DNA of 64,000 nt from a virus (IMGVR_UViG_3300027740_000003:32001-96000), one strand, 5' to 3'; positions 1-9,085 are shown, counted from the first letter of the stretch. Program-made: numbers and translations. The notes: generated by a model not told the origin, from the letters alone.

Positions 1-166
1 TAAAAGCCCCAGGGCAAACAATGCTGAAATAGCAACCTCAGCACCTTTACTAGTAATACCAAGAGCTTGCAATACAACTTTACGGCTTGTAGGCTCTCCT
101 GCATCAAGCCTCCGCTGAATTTCTGTTTTAACCGATGCTACGAAATTTGTATCAAATATTTCCATC
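1..166 (-). pseudogene. Frameshifted, window-truncated paralog of the small protein at 47389-47715
   Basis: ATG at 166 stops after 4 codons. Deleting one base of the T4 run at 159-162 gives MEIFDTNFVASVKTEIQRRLDAGEPTSRKVVLQALGITSKGAEVAISALFALGLL, which aligns by eye to the 47389 protein. Confidence 0.55.
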
Positions 167-228
167 TTCAATTATCCTTTGTTTTAGACGTGTTGTCTTC
201 GGCAAAATGATTAGATGGTAAAAACTAG

Positions 229-429
229 CTACTCGACACAGATTTTTGCAATTAATGCTTTCAACGCTTCTTCCTCAGATTGATACAATGTAGTTTCGGC
301 AACCACCTTTCCTCCTATTTCAATAGAGGCTCTCCAACCAATTTTGTTAGCAAAAGCACACTTATCAATGCAGATATCGTCTACATGGCAATCAAATAAT
401 TCAGCAATTGTTTTAAGAAGATCTTTCAC
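229..429 (-). CDS. hypothetical protein
   Basis: 66-aa ORF overlapping the stop of the ABC ATPase gene. Confidence 0.6.
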   Translation of the reverse strand: MKDLLKTIAELFDCHVDDICIDKCAFANKIGWRASIEIGGKVVAETTLYQSEEEALKALIAKICVE

Positions 430-1229
430 GACATGTAGTCTTCAATTTCTTGAACCATTGATGTGAACTCTGGAGATCTTTTCATCTTTCTATTTCTTTC
501 TAACGGCAATGGAGAGACAAACTTCTTGGTAATATTCGCCGGCTTGCCGCCCATAACATAAATGTCATCACCAAGATATACTGCCTCCGAGATATCATGC
601 GTTACCATGATAATTGTAGGCTCAATGTGAATCCAAATCTTGGCTAACAAATCCTGCATTTGAGTCCTAGTCTCAATGTCTAATGCTCCAAAAGGTTCGT
701 CCATTAACAATATTTTAGAATCGTAAGCAAGACTCCTAGCAATTGCAACTCTTTGTAATTGTCCTCCAGATAGATTAGGATACTTTGCAAATTTGTTCTC
801 CTGGCCCTCTAATCCAACTTTGACAATCATCTCCATTGCTTTTTCATTGCGTTCCTTCTTTGGAACACCACGATAACGTAATCCTAAAGAAACATTGTCT
901 AGGACCGTCATGTGCTCCAATGAAGAATATTTTTGGAATACCATTCCTACTCTGTCATCCTCCTTGCGGGGCCTCCCACAAATCAAAACTTCACCAGATG
1001 TAGGGCTTCTCAAACCTGAGATATATGAAAGGATATGCGTTTTTCCAGATCCAGAGGCCCCAAGCACAACAATGAACTCACCTTTGCCTGGCAAATCTTC
1101 AATAAGAAGATTCAGTCCATCGATAACAACATTCTCTTTTCCGTCCTGATAATATACTTGGCGAACATTTTTCAGCTCAACAAGATCGGGAAGCTCCGTA
1201 TTAATCATCTCTACAGGTTGTGTTGTCAT
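426..1229 (-). CDS. ABC transporter ATP-binding protein, NitT/TauT family
   Basis: Walker A GASGSGKT, Q-loop VFQ, signature LSGGQLQR, Walker B/D-loop LLMDEPFGALD, H-loop VTHD. Confidence 0.95.
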   Translation of the reverse strand: MTTQPVEMINTELPDLVELKNVRQVYYQDGKENVVIDGLNLLIEDLPGKGEFIVVLGASGSGKTHILSYISGLRSPTSGEVLICGRPRKEDDRVGMVFQKYSSLEHMTVLDNVSLGLRYRGVPKKERNEKAMEMIVKVGLEGQENKFAKYPNLSGGQLQRVAIARSLAYDSKILLMDEPFGALDIETRTQMQDLLAKIWIHIEPTIIMVTHDISEAVYLGDDIYVMGGKPANITKKFVSPLPLERNRKMKRSPEFTSMVQEIEDYMS

Positions 1230-1238
1230 ATATACCTT

Positions 1239-2024
1239 TTAAACATATTTATATGGGAAAATTGTTTTGTCAAGCAATTGAAACAGTTTATCTTGAATGA
1301 ATCCAACAAAGACAATCACAAACAATAGGGCAAATACTTTGTCTATCCTGCCTTGCCGAGCACAAACAAACAACATTCCACCGATTCCTCCTGTGTTATT
1401 TACCATCTCGGCAACAATAACATAGGTCCATGATATGGCAACCAGAACACGAATGTCATTCATCAGCTGGCCAATAACATGAGGAAAGAAAACCGTCCTG
1501 AACATCTGCCATCTGTTTGCTGACAGAGTAAAGGCCGTTTGTTGATATACTTCCGGAACCTCTAAAACCCTTTGAACAACAACAGGCAGAAGATAAACCA
1601 TGATTCCGAAAGCCAGAAACTGAACCTTCATCGTGTTGTCAATACCAAACCACACAATGAACAGCCCCGTCACAGCAGTTAGCGGTATAAACCTAATGGA
1701 GTCTATAGACCTGCTAAACATGCTCTTAAAGATCGGAAACAGCCCAATCAGGAAACCAATTGGCAAACAGATTGCAATAGCTTCTATGTATCCCATTCCG
1801 TTAAGATACATGGAGTATATGAGATTCCTTACCATTGCGTCTTTGAAGTGTAGGTCTGGCAAAGAAGCAACCACTGACATAGGAGACGGCAGCAACTTGT
1901 CGGACACAACGCCAATTGAGCTAATCAACCACCAGGTTCCTAAAAGAAGAAGGATACCGGCAACCTCCAAGGCTGCCGATACCCTCTTGTCTAGGATCCC
2001 TCTTATCGAGAAAAGGGTTTCCAT
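1239..2024 (-). CDS. ABC transporter permease, NitT/TauT family
   Basis: About 6 hydrophobic helices, EAA-like loop (QQTAFTLSANRWQ), VIVAEM motif; lies between the binding-protein and ATPase genes. Confidence 0.92.
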   Translation of the reverse strand: METLFSIRGILDKRVSAALEVAGILLLLGTWWLISSIGVVSDKLLPSPMSVVASLPDLHFKDAMVRNLIYSMYLNGMGYIEAIAICLPIGFLIGLFPIFKSMFSRSIDSIRFIPLTAVTGLFIVWFGIDNTMKVQFLAFGIMVYLLPVVVQRVLEVPEVYQQTAFTLSANRWQMFRTVFFPHVIGQLMNDIRVLVAISWTYVIVAEMVNNTGGIGGMLFVCARQGRIDKVFALLFVIVFVGFIQDKLFQLLDKTIFPYKYV

Positions 2025-2032
2025 TTTATTTT

Positions 2033-3580
2033 TTAGTTCTCCAGGATTTGGAAATCTGTTCTTCGGTTTCTGGCACGACAGATTTCAGTATCATCGCTGC
2101 ACTGTGGCTTGTCAGGTCCATTGCCTACCACTACAAACCTGTTCTGATCCATCTTATGAGTCTCCACAAGATAGCTTACAACAGTCTGTGCCCTGGCCTT
2201 GCTGATCTTCCTATTGACATCAGCACTTCCTGTAGAATCCGTATTGCCCTCAATTCGAATTCGTGATGTGGGGAATGCCTTTGCTTGCTCAACGAACATC
2301 ATATCAATGATTCCTTTGGCATTCTCGTCAAGCTCAGAGCTTCCATGGGCAAAAGACACCCTAACCGGCTTACTAGCAACCGCTTTTGCCGCTACTTCCA
2401 CCTTGGTTGGTGCTGTAAATGCAGCCTTCTTCTCAGCAACCATGCCAATCTCCTGCTCTAAGTTTATCTCTTTGATGAAGGCTGTGTCTACAATCTGAGC
2501 CCAAGGCAGAGATCCGCTGGCCAGATTAAGCTTTCCATATACCGTTGTCATCTTCTCATACAGATCCTTGCCAGTGACGCCAGTATAGCCAGGATTCAAG
2601 CCAAAGAAGTCCAGGTTGTCTCCATATGTAGTAAGCCTAACATTATTGATTGCTCCAATACAGAACTCAGCATCAACCGAAGAGCCCAGTCCATCAGCAA
2701 GTACCTTGGCCGCCTTTGCCTTCACCTCATTGGAAGCATTAATTTCTGCCGCTCCTTTTAGCCAACCACGAACAAGCTTCACAAGCTCTGGCCTGCGTTT
2801 ATTATAGGTAGATTCCTTGATAAAGAACCCATCAGAGATGATATGAGTGGCTTGTTTGGTATTCACAAGGATTTTTGCTCCTGAAACAGCCTGGACACAA
2901 GCGGCATCATCAGGGCTCCAAACCACAGCGGCATCAACTTTGCCAGCCTTGAATGCTGCGGCAGCATCAATTGCTGAGTTTACCTTGACAACATTAACAT
3001 CCATTATTGATAGGCCTGCCATATCGAGCATCCAAAGCAAGAATGTATGTGATGGAGTCGCTTCGGCCACAGCAATCTTCTTTCCAGCAAGATCACCAAC
3101 AGCACCAACATTACCCTTGGTCACGATAGCGTCTCCACCGCGGGACCAATCAGCTTGGAAAAGCCACTTAACCGGCTCACCAAAACTACCCGACTCGGTT
3201 GGAAAGGAATCTATGGTAGACCACATCAGATCCATCTTGCCTGCCTTAAAAGCAGCTCGAGAGGCAGCAAAATCATCCATTACAGAGAAGTTAACACAGA
3301 TGTCGTCTTGATGATATCTCGAATTGGGATTATCTTTAAACCCTCCGTTCCACCACTGGCCACCGATATATCCTCCCCACGTCACCACCCCAATCTCTAA
3401 GCATTTATTCGTGGTTGTAGAAGCTGTTGCAGAAGCAGAGCCTCTCATCATACCAGAAACATCCTGAGCCTTATCTCCTTCTGGAAGAACCAGGGGACGA
3501 AGGAAAATGATGCTACCAACAATCGCGGAAGCAACAAGGACCGTGATTGCAATCTTACCAGCTGGTTTAATTTTTGCCAT
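2033..3580 (-). CDS. ABC substrate-binding protein (NMT1/THI5/SsuA-like) fused to a C-terminal OmpA peptidoglycan-binding domain
   Basis: N-terminal membrane anchor; DWSRGGDAIV, LAGKKIAV and GKVDAAVVWSP motifs; C-terminal IEGNTDSTG...N..ISKARA...NRRTDF OmpA signature. Confidence 0.9.
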   Translation of the reverse strand: MAKIKPAGKIAITVLVASAIVGSIIFLRPLVLPEGDKAQDVSGMMRGSASATASTTTNKCLEIGVVTWGGYIGGQWWNGGFKDNPNSRYHQDDICVNFSVMDDFAASRAAFKAGKMDLMWSTIDSFPTESGSFGEPVKWLFQADWSRGGDAIVTKGNVGAVGDLAGKKIAVAEATPSHTFLLWMLDMAGLSIMDVNVVKVNSAIDAAAAFKAGKVDAAVVWSPDDAACVQAVSGAKILVNTKQATHIISDGFFIKESTYNKRRPELVKLVRGWLKGAAEINASNEVKAKAAKVLADGLGSSVDAEFCIGAINNVRLTTYGDNLDFFGLNPGYTGVTGKDLYEKMTTVYGKLNLASGSLPWAQIVDTAFIKEINLEQEIGMVAEKKAAFTAPTKVEVAAKAVASKPVRVSFAHGSSELDENAKGIIDMMFVEQAKAFPTSRIRIEGNTDSTGSADVNRKISKARAQTVVSYLVETHKMDQNRFVVVGNGPDKPQCSDDTEICRARNRRTDFQILEN

Positions 3581-3614
3581 TATTTATTGTTCTACCTTTC
3601 TTTATCTTCTTAAT

Positions 3615-4631
3615 TCACTTAAGAAAAATCTTTGAAAACTCATTTGAGCTTGCTTCTGTTTCAGCTTGATATTGTTCAGCCTCAACTAAAGATGCCGAAG
3701 AACTATCGACACGAACCTTGCCAGTTAGATCTCCTGCTTTGTAAGAAAGGATTTCTGAACCGTTCTTTTCCCACTGTTCTAACAGAGCCAGGCCGTCCTC
3801 ATTGAACACACCGTTCTGCAAATCCATGGACAGCATAAAGTCTTTGCTGGTATCCATGAACCGATCCATTTCACCAAGTTTCATAGCAATATCATTGGCG
3901 GTGTATTCCATTGTCTGCTCAAACATTGCTTTGGCTTTATCGCCTTCAATAAGAGCCTCCGCACCCTTCATTGCTTTAAAAGAAGCCGTAATGCTCTTAT
4001 ATTCTATCTCACGAATATAAACCTCATGCTTCGTATCTTCGTACAGATCATTAAGATTGCTTTTCATCTTGCTTAGAATTCTTAGAATGTTTTCAGTCTT
4101 ATCAAGAATTACTGAAAGTTTCTCGGCAAAATGCTTTTCTCGGGCTGCCATATTGGCTTTTAGAGCCGCCTGATTTGGTTGCCCAGCTTTCTTGGCGGCA
4201 TTTGCTAACTTAATGTATTGCTCAATGTTCTGTAGTCTCTCAGTAATATTTCTCTCAAGACTAACTTTCTGGCCGCTAACTTCTTTGATATGCTTTTCAA
4301 CTTTGGCCAAACGTTCTTGCATTTCTTCTAGATAATTTTTTAGAATACCAATTGGGTCAACCGCAATAACCCAGCCAGTAAGCCAGCGCATTGCGCTTTG
4401 GAACAAAGAGGAACAAACGAACCTAAACTTATCATTCATCAACAGAGTAAAGATGGCAAACAGTCCGGCCCCGAGCAAGCTGGCATAAAGAAGATTAGAA
4501 AGGATAACGATAATTACTGGAAGCAGATACCAGCAAGCAACACCAGCACCAACAACGCCTGCTCCAATGAAAATTAGGCCAGTATTGCCCTCAGGCTTCT
4601 CGAAAAAACTCTTGATTTTAGGCTGTTCCAT
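3615..4631 (-). CDS. Membrane-anchored coiled-coil protein, PspA/IM30 (ESCRT-III)-like
   Basis: Two N-terminal TM segments, then DPIGILKNYLEEMQERL (resembles the PspA helix DPxxxLxQxIxDM) and a long heptad region. Confidence 0.6.
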   Translation of the reverse strand: MEQPKIKSFFEKPEGNTGLIFIGAGVVGAGVACWYLLPVIIVILSNLLYASLLGAGLFAIFTLLMNDKFRFVCSSLFQSAMRWLTGWVIAVDPIGILKNYLEEMQERLAKVEKHIKEVSGQKVSLERNITERLQNIEQYIKLANAAKKAGQPNQAALKANMAAREKHFAEKLSVILDKTENILRILSKMKSNLNDLYEDTKHEVYIREIEYKSITASFKAMKGAEALIEGDKAKAMFEQTMEYTANDIAMKLGEMDRFMDTSKDFMLSMDLQNGVFNEDGLALLEQWEKNGSEILSYKAGDLTGKVRVDSSSASLVEAEQYQAETEASSNEFSKIFLK

Positions 4632-4638
4632 ATTTTCC

Positions 4639-5277
4639 TTACTTAAGGTATGTTTCCATTTTCTGTTGGTCTTGTTGCAATCTTGCTAGAATATCTGCCT
4701 TGGTAGCTTCAAAAGCTGAAACCTTTTGCTGCACAGCGATTCTTTCCTGTGAAACCTCAGCCAACATATTTTCTCTACCAATACGAAGTTCCTGAATCTC
4801 TTTCGTAAGTTTTTCGATCTCTTGGGCTTTTTGCTGCATTGTATTGTTTACATCAGCAATTTTCTTCTCCTTAGTAGCAATTTCTGCATTAGGAGAGGTT
4901 TCAATGAACTTATTGAACTCAACGGCTTTTTTATTTACAACGCCGACGTAGTGAGTGATTGAATCAACCAGAGATTTTTTGTCTACATTGCCCATAACCT
5001 GAGCTGTGGCGAACACCGCTTGGTATTTTTGCTCCTCTGTCATTGGCATCCCTGCCATTTTTGCCAGGGAGTCTTTGAATTCAAAGTAATCGAAGCCGGG
5101 CAGATTACCCGCAACAATTGCTTCTTCAAAAATCTTAACAATTTCAGGATCGGCTTGTCCAGGAATAACGGGAACCACAGCAATGGGGGTCGGCTTTTCT
5201 GGTGCTTTAGTTTTTGGTGCCTCTTTCTTTTCCTCATCACCGGTTTCGACAAACAGACTAGTAAATTTTTTGAACAC
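4639..5277 (-). CDS. Coiled-coil hypothetical protein, first gene of the ABC/PspA-like cluster
   Basis: Low-complexity N-terminal linker, LPGFDYFEF motif, C-terminal heptad repeats. Confidence 0.75.
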   Translation of the reverse strand: MFKKFTSLFVETGDEEKKEAPKTKAPEKPTPIAVVPVIPGQADPEIVKIFEEAIVAGNLPGFDYFEFKDSLAKMAGMPMTEEQKYQAVFATAQVMGNVDKKSLVDSITHYVGVVNKKAVEFNKFIETSPNAEIATKEKKIADVNNTMQQKAQEIEKLTKEIQELRIGRENMLAEVSQERIAVQQKVSAFEATKADILARLQQDQQKMETYLK

Positions 5278-5287
5278 TATATTTTAC

Positions 5288-5557
5288 TCACTTTCCTTCT
5301 GGAACATCGGCCAGTCTTGTTTTTGCGTTATGTATTGCACACTGAGCTTTGTCTAAAAGTTTTTTAAAGTCGGGAGCTTGTATAATTACTTCAAGAATAT
5401 CGTCTTGATCTATTGTTCCGTTATAATTAATAGAAATAGTTTGTTCTAGTTTTTGATCTAGAACGACACAAACTTTAATACCGTTGATATCAACGGATCC
5501 AAGTTCTATTGTTTTTGTTGTAGTATTTTTTGTGGTGGACACTGTTAATTTGCTCAA
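5288..5557 (-). CDS. hypothetical protein (start uncertain)
   Basis: 89-aa ORF with TTG start. Confidence 0.55.
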   Translation of the reverse strand: MSKLTVSTTKNTTTKTIELGSVDINGIKVCVVLDQKLEQTISINYNGTIDQDDILEVIIQAPDFKKLLDKAQCAIHNAKTRLADVPEGK

Positions 5558-5671
5558 TTAGGGGATGGCAACCGCCGCCAGTGGTAAAAAACTAAAGACT
5601 TAACAAAATGAGGAATTAACATTTTTATCCAACTTTACTTTAACGAACCATCTTCATATAACAAATACATC

Positions 5672-5689
5672 TTGAATTCCGGAATTCAA
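5672..5689. repeat. 18-bp perfect palindrome TTGAATTCCGGAATTCAA
   Basis: Read directly; a second TTCCGGAAT copy follows at about 5692-5700. Confidence 0.9.
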
Positions 5690-5776
5690 ATTTCCGGAAT
5701 CATCTTTTTAAGATTTTGCTTATTAGTTTCGATTCCCGTTTTCTCAATACAAAAAGGATCAGAAAATTTAATCATA

Positions 5777-6514
5777 CTACAAATCTGCCAGCATATTAAC
5801 AATCCCAGGATTAACATTCTGTTCAATCCATGGAATTAAATCATGGCGAATCCTGTTTCTAGTATATTTGTTAGTAGAGTTAGACGCATCTTCCGACCAG
5901 GAAAGGTTCCAAATTGCTGCGTATCTTTCAATATCTTTTCTTGTTAACTTAAGCATGGGACGCTTGAACACAACGCCTCCCCACTCTAGATCTTTTAGAT
6001 CTTTTACCTCATATCCTTTGAGGAATTTAAACAGTTTCGTTTCAACATTGTCATTGGCATTATGAGCCAAAAGTCCAATCCCACCATAATCTACAGCAAT
6101 CACATCAGATAAAACATTATACCTGGCGTCTCTTGCTAAAGCCTGGATATTACTGTTTTTTTTATCAATATTTACAGTGAGAATTTTTACATCAAATCCA
6201 AGCTCTAGTCCTAGATTAGAAATAAAAGAAATGTCAGTATCTGTTTCTTCTTTGGAACGAAGCTGATGGTTAACATAGATAAGACATTTTTTAATAGGAA
6301 TATTAGATATAAATGTTTTAGATGTAATTGAAAAAGCGTGAGCCATTACTGTTGAATCAATTCCTCCCGAACACGCAATGGCAATAGGAATATAGTGTTC
6401 ACCAACAATAGAATTTAGAAAAAGTCTAAATGACGAATAAATATTCCTGCAAAATTTTTTATCATCTGTTGTAATTTTGTCGGGCCACAAAATATTTTGT
6501 CTGTCTGGTTTCAT
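5777..6514 (-). CDS. tilS: tRNA(Ile)-lysidine synthetase (catalytic domain only)
   Basis: PP-loop IACSGGIDS, YVNHQLR, ARDARY, AHNANDNVET, RPML, WSEDASN...YTRNRIRH. Confidence 0.93.
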   Translation of the reverse strand: MKPDRQNILWPDKITTDDKKFCRNIYSSFRLFLNSIVGEHYIPIAIACSGGIDSTVMAHAFSITSKTFISNIPIKKCLIYVNHQLRSKEETDTDISFISNLGLELGFDVKILTVNIDKKNSNIQALARDARYNVLSDVIAVDYGGIGLLAHNANDNVETKLFKFLKGYEVKDLKDLEWGGVVFKRPMLKLTRKDIERYAAIWNLSWSEDASNSTNKYTRNRIRHDLIPWIEQNVNPGIVNMLADL

Positions 6515-6521
6515 AATTTAG

Positions 6522-6594
6522 TAGCCCTTGTTGGGATCGAACCAACGACCGATCGATTATGAGTCGATTGCTCTAACCACTGAGCTAAAGGGCC
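6522..6594 (-). tRNA. tRNA-Ile2 (anticodon CAT, lysidine-modified)
   Basis: Full cloverleaf GGCCCTTTAGCTCAGTGGTTAGAGCAATCGACTCATAATCGATCGGTCGTTGGTTCGATCCCAACAAGGGCTA; C4-G69/C5-G68 TilS determinants; adjacent to tilS; no CCA. Confidence 0.95.
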
Positions 6595-6640
6595 ATATTG
6601 TTAGGGTTTCAGAAAAGCTTGTTGACTCTCGAACGCCAAC

Positions 6641-6668
6641 AACCTAAGGCTCGGATGGGCCTTGTCAA
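6641..6668 (-). promoter_or_regulatory. sigma70-like promoter for the tRNA-Ile2/tilS unit
   Basis: TTGACA-N16-TAGGTT; the -35 box is embedded in the inverted repeat GATGGGCCTT-GTC-AAGGCCCCATC (6654-6677). Confidence 0.75.
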
Positions 6669-6726
6669 GGCCCCATCATTTACAGTTTATTAGATAGTTG
6701 TGCACTAATATTCCGGCATAAATTAT

Positions 6727-7329
6727 ATGATGTTAAACAAGTTAGAAACATTAGCCAATATTTTTTATGTGGTTGGTAGCGACACTATTCGGTTTGACCA
6801 AATAGAAACGCCAGAAAATTTTCTTAAATGGATGGACCGCATAGAATACGGATGGTTAGATAGTTATAACAAAAAAATGAAAGGTGATGATAAGTTTGGG
6901 GAATTTTGGTGGGATAATTATTTATTTGCAACTCCAACATTAGTTGTTAAATATCTAATTGGCACCTGTTATGAACAGGCAATTTTAGAACATTATGTAT
7001 TCGATCGTAAATTATACCTGGAAAACAAAGTGTTTTTCGCGGCTGATTCTAATAATAAGTTTGATATTTTGGACACCAACGCTAATACCCATATGTTTCT
7101 AGTATACCAACAGGATGGAAAATGGTATTGGTTTGAACATAGTTGGGATAAAGAAAAAGGTATACATGGACCTTTTGATAATATCAACGATATTCAAGAA
7201 GCTTATAAAAAGAAAACAGGCTCTAAAAATTTCTTCTTTAAAGAAATTGATCCTAAAAAATATACCAAAAGAATTGATGCAAAAGAATTTTATAAGTCAG
7301 TAGGTTTTCTTGATTATATCAATTCATGA
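6727..7329 (+). CDS. Putative transglutaminase-like/papain-fold Cys-His-Glu protein
   Basis: Only convincing intact plus-strand gene; motifs IGTCYEQ, NTHMFLVY, WYWFEHSW. Confidence 0.6.
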   Translation: MMLNKLETLANIFYVVGSDTIRFDQIETPENFLKWMDRIEYGWLDSYNKKMKGDDKFGEFWWDNYLFATPTLVVKYLIGTCYEQAILEHYVFDRKLYLENKVFFAADSNNKFDILDTNANTHMFLVYQQDGKWYWFEHSWDKEKGIHGPFDNINDIQEAYKKKTGSKNFFFKEIDPKKYTKRIDAKEFYKSVGFLDYINS

Positions 7330-7371
7330 CTTGATATAATACTGCTCCTTAATATTTAAAGCCACGTCATA

Positions 7372-7616
7372 TCACTTTTCGTTGGATAATGTGATTGTTT
7401 CATTTGGATCCAAAATTCTCCATGTTGATAGATCATCAACATCAATCCAATGTTCTTTAATATGTCCTATATTACATTTTGTAGAGTCTTTAGATACAAC
7501 AATTCCCTTCGCTGGCGAAATAAATAATACCACAAATTTTTCTTTAATATTTTCGGCCAGTATTGGAAATTTTATTTTTCTATTTCTTGTAGATTGTTTT
7601 TAACAGAACTAATCAT
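7372..7616 (-). pseudogene. Frameshifted hypothetical phage protein
   Basis: ATG directly after the upstream stop; adding one base to the T5 run (7597-7601) restores an 81-aa ORF (..KFPILAENIKEKFVVLFISP..ETITLSNEK). Confidence 0.6.
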
Positions 7617-7617
7617 T

Positions 7618-7800
7618 TTATTTATTCTCCGTATATTCGTAATATCCTACAACATTGCAACAGTCTTCAATGAATTCATATGCATTTTCGATAACACTAT
7701 CTGTTTGTGCTATCTTTTCAGAGCAATTAATTTGCTCTTGTTGAATAAAGTTCTCGACAACATTCCACAGATCAGTTAGTTGTTTCTCGGTTGGTTTCAT
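7618..7800 (-). CDS. hypothetical protein
   Basis: 60-aa ORF tiling with neighbours. Confidence 0.65.
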   Translation of the reverse strand: MKPTEKQLTDLWNVVENFIQQEQINCSEKIAQTDSVIENAYEFIEDCCNVVGYYEYTENK

Positions 7801-8312
7801 TCTATTATGTCTTTAATTGTTTTTTCGTCATATGTTAGAACATAATTATCTTTACAAACTAGATTAAATAAATCACCAACTGCCGCTGGTCCAACAAATT
7901 TATTTGTAATATTAGGATGAAGTAAAATTTCAGAATAATTTTCTTCTATTTCTGAATCTGAAACTGAATAATAATAACTTCTTCTTATTTTTATAAAAAT
8001 ACTAAGTTCGCCATAACTCGAAATAAACAGCCCAATGTTTTTTATTTTTGCAGCATCAAAACTTGTTTTAAGTTTGCCATAACTACAAAATAAATTTACA
8101 TTAAAATTAATAGTTATAAAATAATGTTCGGTACCAGACAAATCATAACCAACAGTAAATTCTTTTGTATATTTTTTCAATTCTGGAACAAATAACTTAA
8201 CAGTTTGTTTTATTAATTCTAATCTGTACCTATCAGCTTCAATACATTTATATAATCCATTTTCATCTAATAAATTGTTTTTATTATCATTTAACGTTTT
8301 ATGTAATTTCAT
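7797..8312 (-). CDS. hypothetical protein with C-terminal KDIIE tail
   Basis: Ends VLTYDEKTIKDIIE. Confidence 0.75.
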   Translation of the reverse strand: MKLHKTLNDNKNNLLDENGLYKCIEADRYRLELIKQTVKLFVPELKKYTKEFTVGYDLSGTEHYFITINFNVNLFCSYGKLKTSFDAAKIKNIGLFISSYGELSIFIKIRRSYYYSVSDSEIEENYSEILLHPNITNKFVGPAAVGDLFNLVCKDNYVLTYDEKTIKDIIE

Positions 8313-8315
8313 TGT

Positions 8316-8654
8316 TCATCCAAATGTGAATCCGAAAGATTCTTCTAAACCCTCTGGTGTTTTATCTAATTTTCTACACTGACCGAAATGACCATCTTCC
8401 ATATAAGCTTTCCAATACGAAATCACTTCATCTAAAGTTCCAGCGCCTTGATAGCACTTTTCAATAACGGCATAATTCCAACGACATTCAAATGGATCTC
8501 CGTGATAATAATGTTCTCTAATCTTCTTCCCCGCATCGTTTAAATACTTTTCGGCATCTTCTAATTTGAAGAACCAAATCTTCTTTCCCCATTCAGAAAT
8601 GCAATTATCTTTTATATTGAAAGAAGTTATAACAAATATAAAATCATTCGTCAT
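8316..8654 (-). CDS. hypothetical protein
   Basis: Tiling minus-strand ORF. Confidence 0.7.
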   Translation of the reverse strand: MTNDFIFVITSFNIKDNCISEWGKKIWFFKLEDAEKYLNDAGKKIREHYYHGDPFECRWNYAVIEKCYQGAGTLDEVISYWKAYMEDGHFGQCRKLDKTPEGLEESFGFTFG

Positions 8655-9085
8655 TTGATGATACCGTTTTCAACAACAAGGGCTATCAATTCGTCTCTGG
8701 ATAATTCTGAAGCTTTGGAATAGGTTTTCTCTTTCTCAGTGGGTTTTACTTTTTTAGCAAAGGGGAAATAATATTCTTCTCCGGAAGCAATTGCGTTTTT
8801 GGTAATTGTTCTATAACAGATCTTTCTTTCCAATACTTTTGCCGCTTCATCTAGTATTGTAAGTCTGGCTCCTTTTAAATGATGTCCGTCTTTTATAAGA
8901 TATTTTATTAGATTTCTTAAATTATCATCTGACCAATCGTCAAAACTTTCTTTAATTGCATCCTCTGCTAAGCCATATAGAGAGACTATATAATTTGCCG
9001 TATATTCGAAATCATCCTCAGGAGATGTTTTCAAAGCCTCTAGCTTGTTTCTTTGCAAGAATTGTTCTACGTCATCAAAGTTCAT
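8651..9085 (-). CDS. hypothetical protein
   Basis: Tiling minus-strand ORF with 4-bp overlaps. Confidence 0.7.
   Translation of the reverse strand: MNFDDVEQFLQRNKLEALKTSPEDDFEYTANYIVSLYGLAEDAIKESFDDWSDDNLRNLIKYLIKDGHHLKGARLTILDEAAKVLERKICYRTITKNAIASGEEYYFPFAKKVKPTEKEKTYSKASELSRDELIALVVENGIIK

Noticed and set aside
6522-6594. Calling the CAT tRNA a tRNA-Met
   Set aside because: It resembles ileX-type tRNAs, carries the C4-G69/C5-G68 pairs, lacks initiator features and abuts tilS.
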